A stretch of 64,000 nucleotides of DNA from Craspedostauros australis (taxonomy: Eukaryota). The DNA is taken from assembly GCA_030167865.1 (NCBI GenBank), contig JALAGF010000963.1, forward strand, positions 1-64,000. Direction: 5' to 3'. The notes under the pieces are model-generated. The model made no database searches. It had not been told where the DNA came from and was given only the letters and a program-made list of their open reading frames with translations. The position numbers and the translations under genes are program-made. Every line of letters starts with the position of its first letter. The first letter of the stretch is position 1. Below are positions 57,384 through 64,000 of the stretch, in pieces.

Positions 57384-60101
57384 CTATGGTTGGCTACTCA
57401 GAGAACAGGCCCTCGGGTAAGGCCCAGGACAATCATCGGCGTCACTGATGGTGTATGTCATCGTGTCGCCACCACCACAATCATTTTGTTGCAGACATGC
57501 TTCGCATGATGAATCACCCACGCAGACTCCCTCCTTGATGACAATGTCATTGGCGATAGTTTCATTTCTGGCAACAACATCGCACGCATATGTGCCATCG
57601 CAAGCACCTTGTTCAATGAGCAAGCTTCCTTCAGTTTTGCTTCCTACAAATCCAGTCCTCGCATGTACCTCCCAGCAAGCAGAGTCTCCGTGGCATGCAT
57701 TCTCCCCAACTGAAATGTCTGCCACAGTCGGTGAGGTCGTATCACCCTGTCTGTTGCGTCTGCCAAGAGCGAAGCACGAATAGTCGCCATCGCAAGCCCC
57801 ACTCTTAATTCTCACATCGCCAAAGATATTCTTCCCAAGTGCAAAGCAACTGCTTGACCCAAGGCATGCCTTTGGTCCAATCACCCGGTAGCCGATATTG
57901 ACATCAGGGTGTGGGTCGTCGCGGAACCCACCCAGATCATCACAGGCCTCATCGCCGACGCAACTCTCGATGATGATGGTATCAGGGGCCATCCCATCGC
58001 AGTAGGCGCCATCCATACAGGAATTCTCACTAACGGTCGCCACACCAGGACGAAAAGTGCTGCAATCACGGGATCTTGTGCAACAGTCTGTGTCACAAGC
58101 CTCCCGCAATGGGCCCTCACTCCCAGTGAATAGTCTTGTACCTTTTGCCACAGTTTTCACCAACAGCTCAGTCACGTCGCGGTCGTTCTTGATCTTGTCG
58201 AATCGGTCTTGAGCTTCTCCAATTGCCACAACCCCAGGAGTATCACCATCATCGTTGCAACCAAAGATGCTCTTGATCATCCTATCTCCATTGCCAGGTA
58301 GACCTTCGACTGCAACAACGAAATCCGTGCATGCACCATCGCCATCATCACAGAGGACCTGATCAGATATCGTGTTGAAAGTCGATGTCACATTCCCCGG
58401 ACCTTCGAGGCATCCAACCTCAAGTCTAGGTGTGGTGCTTGGCGCCTGAGAACGCGAAGGAGACGAACTTGGTCGATCAGTTGGCGTGGTGCTTGGCATG
58501 GTGCTTGGCGCCTGAGAACGCGAAGGAGACGAGCTTGGTCGATCAGTTGGCATGCTGGTCGGAATGGGCGTAGGCTTGGACGACACAGTGGGAAGTGGGG
58601 TCGGAAAGAAGGCAGGACACTCCGTTGGCAGCGTGTCCTTACCAACACAATACTTCTCCACCGTATCACCCGTTGGAAGGAAGTTTGTGTCACTGCCTCC
58701 CTTGGGACAGGCTCCCTCCGCATCACTGATCACATACACCGCATCATGATCACACCCCGACTTCGTCATACATGCCCAACAGCTCTGAACACCGCCGCAC
58801 CCACCAGGAGGGACGATGATGTCGGTTCTCATCCTGTCACTGAATCCCATCTTCTCGCATGACCCATCGGCGGCGCAACCACCATCGCCGATGATCAGGC
58901 TTCCTGCAATCTTGCCACCGGAAAAACGACTCACGGTGGAGTGGGCATACCAGCAGGCATTGCTGCCAACACAAGCATTCGAGCCAATATCGATGTGACT
59001 TCGATAGCGGAAGGATGGTGCGGATTGTGCGGCACGGCGTCCAGCTGAAGTACATGCTTCGGTACCGATGCACGCACCCTCCTGGATGGTCACGTCGCCG
59101 CTGGACAGATGTCCCACTCCCTTACAGGATCGTGCGCTGGTGCATGCGCCTTCACCAACGAAGGTCACTCCTGTGATGAATGGATTGATCTCGCTCTGAT
59201 TCATGGATTCGCATGCACTCACGCCAGTGCAAGAGGCGTCAAGGATGAGAGGGTTCGGTCCCATGTCCTTGCATGCACTGTCACCGACGCACGCAGTGAC
59301 GGCAACGGTCATGAATGGCGGATAGTTGGAGTTGGAAGCAGAACCGGTGATTGAGGTGCATCCTGCTGATCCTTGGCAGCATGGATTGGCGGCGGGAGGA
59401 GACAGGGCCATTCCGATGGACATGCATGCCACCTTCATCGCATCCGGTCGCTCAGTGACGAGGACAGTATTGGTGGTCGCCACCAGAGTGAGTTGCTCAG
59501 CAAGGATATCGCTGGTTGCGTACTTGTGGAAGAGCTTGCGCGCCGCGCCTTCTCCCAAGTTCCCTGCGCATCCGAAGAAGTTTTGGAGCGCCGTGGATTC
59601 CCTCACAGCGGTCACTGCCTCGCGGCATGATGGCTTGGCAGAGTTGCAGATGATGGTCTTGGGTTGGGCCTCTTCTGGTGTGAGGATGGTGACGCCGTCA
59701 GGCTTGCAGACAACGGAGATGATGGAATCGAAATTCATCGGAGGGGCTGATGGAGCTGGAGCTGGTGGCGAGGTCGGCGATGAGGTCGGGGAGCGTGTGG
59801 GATCGGCTGTTGGATGGGCGCTTGGAATCCATGTGAGCGTGGTGGTGAGATCTGTAGCCTCTTTGGAAGTTGAAGGCATTGGTGATGGCGGAATGGAGGG
59901 TTCCAAGAAGCCGTTCTTGTTTGTTTTGGCTCCCTTGTTGTTGCCGGCGCCGAAAGCAGCCTTGAGGGTGCGAGTAGCTTGCAACGCCAGGTGCATCTCA
60001 CCGACTGTGTCTGCAGTGTCATCTCCAGAGAGGCGCGCTTCTGCTATTGTCATGAAGGCGACAAGGAGAGTGGTGATGATGATTGTCTTGGTGTCGATCA
60101 T
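57384..60101 (-). CDS. Secreted Cys-repeat protein with two duplicated modules and Pro/Ser/Thr linkers (cell-surface or adhesin-like)
   Basis: Signal peptide MIDTKTIIITTLLVAFMTIAEA, repeated (G/S)ACxGxxAC units, and PTS/PSS mucin-like linkers. Confidence 0.8.
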   Translation of the reverse strand: MIDTKTIIITTLLVAFMTIAEARLSGDDTADTVGEMHLALQATRTLKAAFGAGNNKGAKTNKNGFLEPSIPPSPMPSTSKEATDLTTTLTWIPSAHPTADPTRSPTSSPTSPPAPAPSAPPMNFDSIISVVCKPDGVTILTPEEAQPKTIICNSAKPSCREAVTAVRESTALQNFFGCAGNLGEGAARKLFHKYATSDILAEQLTLVATTNTVLVTERPDAMKVACMSIGMALSPPAANPCCQGSAGCTSITGSASNSNYPPFMTVAVTACVGDSACKDMGPNPLILDASCTGVSACESMNQSEINPFITGVTFVGEGACTSARSCKGVGHLSSGDVTIQEGACIGTEACTSAGRRAAQSAPSFRYRSHIDIGSNACVGSNACWYAHSTVSRFSGGKIAGSLIIGDGGCAADGSCEKMGFSDRMRTDIIVPPGGCGGVQSCWACMTKSGCDHDAVYVISDAEGACPKGGSDTNFLPTGDTVEKYCVGKDTLPTECPAFFPTPLPTVSSKPTPIPTSMPTDRPSSSPSRSQAPSTMPSTTPTDRPSSSPSRSQAPSTTPRLEVGCLEGPGNVTSTFNTISDQVLCDDGDGACTDFVVAVEGLPGNGDRMIKSIFGCNDDGDTPGVVAIGEAQDRFDKIKNDRDVTELLVKTVAKGTRLFTGSEGPLREACDTDCCTRSRDCSTFRPGVATVSENSCMDGAYCDGMAPDTIIIESCVGDEACDDLGGFRDDPHPDVNIGYRVIGPKACLGSSSCFALGKNIFGDVRIKSGACDGDYSCFALGRRNRQGDTTSPTVADISVGENACHGDSACWEVHARTGFVGSKTEGSLLIEQGACDGTYACDVVARNETIANDIVIKEGVCVGDSSCEACLQQNDCGGGDTMTYTISDADDCPGPYPRACSLSSQP
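58433..58551. repeat. 66-nt-period tandem duplication in the linker (PTDRPSSSPSRSQAPST x2)
   Basis: Two 53-nt copies differing at one base. Confidence 0.85.
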
Positions 60102-60240
60102 CTTGATGTTCGTGTTGTGCTTCTGTGATTGAGTGATGGAGATTGTTGTTGCTGTTGGTGGTGATGTTGTTGTTGCTTTTCTTTCCTATTCGAATTGGAG
60201 TGTGTTGATTTTGTGGGAAAGAGCAGTGGTAACAATCCTT

Positions 60241-60285
60241 TTGCCTCCAGCGTTGCCTCCAGTGTTGCCTCCAGTGTTGCCTCCA
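60241..60285. repeat. 12-nt tandem repeat TTGCCTCCAG(C/T)G, about 3.75 copies, upstream of the Cys-repeat gene
   Basis: Seen directly. Confidence 0.85.
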
Positions 60286-62660
60286 AACGATGCCAAAGAG
60301 CAAGGCCTCGTCTGTTGAAGTGGTGCAGCCCATGTTTGGTGCCGTTCGTGGTTCTGCCTGGTTCGTGCCATTCCGTCAAGTGATGGATCCCTCTTTCATC
60401 CCTTGTTTCTTTCAGCTCGTCTTTACTCAGAAACGACGTGTGAATGCGATTGCCAACTGATGAGAGTATCAAGTAGAATGAACCTGTGGCTGAAGAGGGA
60501 GCATGTGTAGTCGTATGGTATTTGGAACACCATGCTTCGCACAGTCTTGAAATGCTCGCAATCTCGACTGCGATTGATGTCTGTTCGTATCTCCGAGTTG
60601 GAAATGAAGCATCGGAAACCACCGACTGCCCTCTGCATGCAGGATGCAGGATGGATACATCCACATCACGTTTTGATCGTTTGCAACATTGCCCATGGTA
60701 CTGCTGGACCTTCACCCAATCAAAAATGACATTGGCCCACCCCAGCCCATGCCCCTCTCTATGCCTTTGCACTTGACTTTGATCTTGCTTTTGATCTTGC
60801 CCTTGTCCCATGAGAGTCTCGATGCGTCGTTAGAGACGCACTTCGCTGCGCATCGGAGATCACCACACCATCTTGATCGCGGGTACCTGCCGAACACTTC
60901 AATGTGTGTCTGGTCGGGACCGAGGATTCTCAAACGAAACAACATGGTGACGGGAAAGAAGAGGATACACGGAGTTGCGGTAATTGCGTGTTTCTTGCAG
61001 TTGCTGAGACCATTCGATACTGTGGTCCGTCTAGCCGAATACGACCTAGACATCTTCTTCTTTCTTTCTCTCTTTGTTTGGAGACGTCACGCTTTTCGCA
61101 GGCATCTGAGTATCGGCACGGTAATCCAATCCACACATTGCATAATCCGTACTGTTATATTGTGCTATGCTCTATATCTGTTATTGTTTCTTATGGTACT
61201 TCATTTGTTACGTCGTCGTCCCATTGCGTCATTCCTACGCTGCCTCATCCGGCAGTCTGTTCATTCATACATCCCGTCGTCTATGTGCTAATATTCTATG
61301 GCACACATGCAACCTACGGATGCAGGAGCACTTAGTCAACTGCATTGTGCACACCTGCATCTTGTTCAATCCATCCGTTGCGGCATCAGGATCCAAATAC
61401 CCGCGCATCGGCATGCAACGTCTGGGGCCCACCCATGTCTTCAATTCAGTGCTGTTCAGCACATCTGATCGCAAGCTGGGTAGTAGTTCAAGCAAGCCCA
61501 CGAGAGACCGCCAACCAACTCCTCGATGTTCGGACGGCTGAACGGCGCCGACTGTGTCACCTCGAAGAACAAATTCGTGTTGCTGACTACCACAAACAGG
61601 CCCAGTTCCGAAACACACACCGGGTTGGGCAGTATCCGGACAACCAACTGGCATGTGCAGTCCCCACTCCTTGGCCGGTTCTGTTGCGAGATGGTGCGCC
61701 AATGGAAGCTTTGACTTTGCTCCACTCTTTTTGACGACCGCGTCCTTCATGGTGATGGCCTTCTCCTTGGTATCCATGAAGATGGCAGCGAAAGCAGCAG
61801 CACGAACAGACTCTACCCAACTTATATTTCAAGGCATTCCGTGCTCCCCAGAAAGAGGCCACATCTGCATTCTGCGACCATTGGTGCGCCTGCTTTGCAT
61901 CTTGTTGCACATGTGGTCATCCAGTGGACACAAACACGCCGAACCACTGCCTGAGCGTATGGCGGGCAATCAATGTGACGCATCCCCTGGCACTACAGTA
62001 TGCCGCGCATGTGCGATAGCTCTCCAGAGCGAGAAGTGGAGTCCGAATCATCAAATCTCTATTGCATTATGTAATATTCTATATTGCTATGGACCATTGC
62101 AGTATGTGCGAGGTGCTGCATTGACGCACCAACTTGCGAGACTGACAAGTTTTCGTGATGCTCCATTCTCTCTGGACCGACAGAGGAAGAAAGACTTGGA
62201 GGCAGGCCGTGGGCGATAGACCGCTTGTCGGAAGAGGTATTAGGCGAGAGCAGAGTGGAGTAGAGATGTTGACCATGTGTAGCCTCCAGCAATCTGACGA
62301 AACGAGCCATCAACGAAGTCTCCTCTTTCTCTAGAGCCTCGCTAGACCATACTGGGGCAAGAGCTAACAAAAATCGCGTTAAAGTTGGTGAAGAACTACG
62401 CTAATTTGGGGGTCCAAATGGACAATCTGGATTGGCAAAAGAGCTCACTCTATTCCAACGGGCATCTTCTCTCTGTTTTTGAAGAACCGGCCACATCACG
62501 CGATTGCGCGATCTGGGTCGGCTCCAATAACATGACACAAGCGCTACCCCAGCGGACTCCGCCACTACTCCTCGTGCATCTGATCACCAACAGCGCCATC
62601 ACTGCTGCGAGCATCTCTTCCATCCTCAATCACACGCTCTCGACCACTTCGCATCTGACG

Positions 62661-64000
62661 ATGAAGGCTTCTTTCGAGAGGCGCTCTGGCCGACGGAAGC
62701 AGCGACGTTGGTGGATGAAGTGGGTGATATTCATGGTCGCGATGGGAGCAGTGCGCGTTCTGATTACTTCCTACTCTGCTGCTCAGCAGGCCACCGAGCT
62801 TGCCCAGTACTCTTCCGTGAGGTCCTCGGCGACAGCTGATGCAGAGTTGATCCAAACGAGAGACGATGCGAGAATACAACGACACGGCATTCGCGATCCA
62901 AAGCAGCATGCAACGAAGACAGCCGATGTTCCAAGGATCTTCGGAAACACACCAGGCAAGGACTGGCCCAAGATCATCGATGATTTCGTCAAGCTGTACC
63001 GCCAATCCGCAGCACCATCGATCCACATTCACACGCAGTCGTGGAATCGGATCATTGCGACTGACATGGACGTGAGAACCGATGACGAGGTTGCGATGCA
63101 GCAGGAGGGCGATCGCATGTTCGAACGGTTTCCGTACCTGCATCAGCTCAGCGACTACGCCGAGATGATGGCGAGGAACGTGACGAAAAGAGATCTGCCG
63201 ATGGAGCCGGTGATATGGGATAAGGAGGAGTCCATCAACAGGTACTTCCAAATCATCAATGAGAGGTGCTCACGATCCATCCATGCAGTCAAGGATTCCA
63301 ATTTCATGCACCAATGTTGGGGAACGATCATAGAACTCATCGAAGGACCTCGTTGCACGGTGCGACTGGATTCGCGTTACGTTTGCAATGGTCCGCCGGA
63401 TGGAAAGCGGTCCGAGAAGATCCCACTGGATATCGCCGACGACTGGGTTGGCACCAACGAAGCTGAATCAACGGCGCCTCCGGCAGAGCCGGTCCGACAG
63501 TACACGGTGGAACAAGTGATTCAGCAGCATTTTACAGATGACACATTGAACATTGTCATCATCGGCGCTGGGCCAGTCGGATTGCAGCTCGCAAACATCC
63601 TCAACCATCTCAAGACGAGAGATTCCATTCGCATCCTCATGTTCGAGAAGCGAGTCGATCACCCGGGTCGCAAGAAGGAGTACTCGAGAGACTGGTGCAC
63701 GCACATATCGTTCGATGCATTCCGAAGGGGCGATCCACGCGTTGTCGAATTCTTTGATCAGATCATCGTTCGAGATGACGAGAAGCCGCGCAAGAACAAC
63801 GCGACGAAGGTCCGCAACTATGACGAAGAGTTCGACATCTTTCATGACTCGGCGCGCCGCAAGGTGAACCTCCCGCTCATGATGATTGAGACGCTGTTGC
63901 TCATTTCGAACCGCAATTTGGGTGTCAAGTTCATCTACGAGAACATCAAGACGCACCGGCATCTTCTCGGGCAGGTCCCCAACCTCGTCGTCTTTGATGC
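62661..64000 (+). CDS. Membrane-anchored FAD-dependent oxidoreductase, copy B (runs off the window; absent from the ORF track)
   Basis: ATG at 62661 gives MKASFERRSGRRKQRRWWMKWVIFMVAMG. In-frame GNTPGKDWPKIIDDF, GPRCTVRLDSRYVC and NIVIIGAGPVGLQLA match copy A. Confidence 0.85.
   Translation, partial: MKASFERRSGRRKQRRWWMKWVIFMVAMGAVRVLITSYSAAQQATELAQYSSVRSSATADAELIQTRDDARIQRHGIRDPKQHATKTADVPRIFGNTPGKDWPKIIDDFVKLYRQSAAPSIHIHTQSWNRIIATDMDVRTDDEVAMQQEGDRMFERFPYLHQLSDYAEMMARNVTKRDLPMEPVIWDKEESINRYFQIINERCSRSIHAVKDSNFMHQCWGTIIELIEGPRCTVRLDSRYVCNGPPDGKRSEKIPLDIADDWVGTNEAESTAPPAEPVRQYTVEQVIQQHFTDDTLNIVIIGAGPVGLQLANILNHLKTRDSIRILMFEKRVDHPGRKKEYSRDWCTHISFDAFRRGDPRVVEFFDQIIVRDDEKPRKNNATKVRNYDEEFDIFHDSARRKVNLPLMMIETLLLISNRNLGVKFIYENIKTHRHLLGQVPNLVVFD

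Noticed and set aside
60400-62400. Short ORFs between the Cys-repeat gene and flavoprotein copy B (for example 61265-61777 -)
   Set aside because: Some stretches look protein-like but have no recognisable domain or coherent frame. A translated homology search would be needed.

Overview
This is eukaryotic nuclear DNA, most likely from a diatom. That is an inference from the UGP-PGM fusion, the CoDi-type Ty1/copia element, the GT61/GT77 expansions and the GT-AG introns of about 200-800 nt. In order, the window holds: (1) a nearly complete Ty1/copia LTR retrotransposon (1-5182) inserted into the first of three tandem GT61-like glycosyltransferase genes; (2) a Tex/SRBD1-like gene; (3) two GT77-like nucleotide-diphospho-sugar transferases; (4) a heat-shock factor; (5) a GT23/FUT8-like fucosyltransferase; (6) a fused UDP-glucose pyrophosphorylase/phosphoglucomutase; (7) three tandem F-box-like paralogs, one a pseudogene; (8) Nup62; (9) tRNA-Pro(TGG); (10) a Cys-rich GPI-type protein; (11) a 9-exon ABCA transporter; (12) a spliced 74-aa membrane microprotein missed by the ORF track; (13) two divergently oriented membrane-anchored flavoprotein paralogs flanking a secreted Cys-repeat protein. 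The most striking signal is in the retrotransposon. Its primer-binding site (64-77) has no tRNA-type TGG start and is instead a perfect 14-nt reverse complement of its own LTR (19-32), the geometry of Tf1-type self-priming, here in a copia element. Its pol frame, including the protease active site, appears reachable only by reading through an in-frame UGA-CAA stop. All exon models were derived by eye and no database searches were run.
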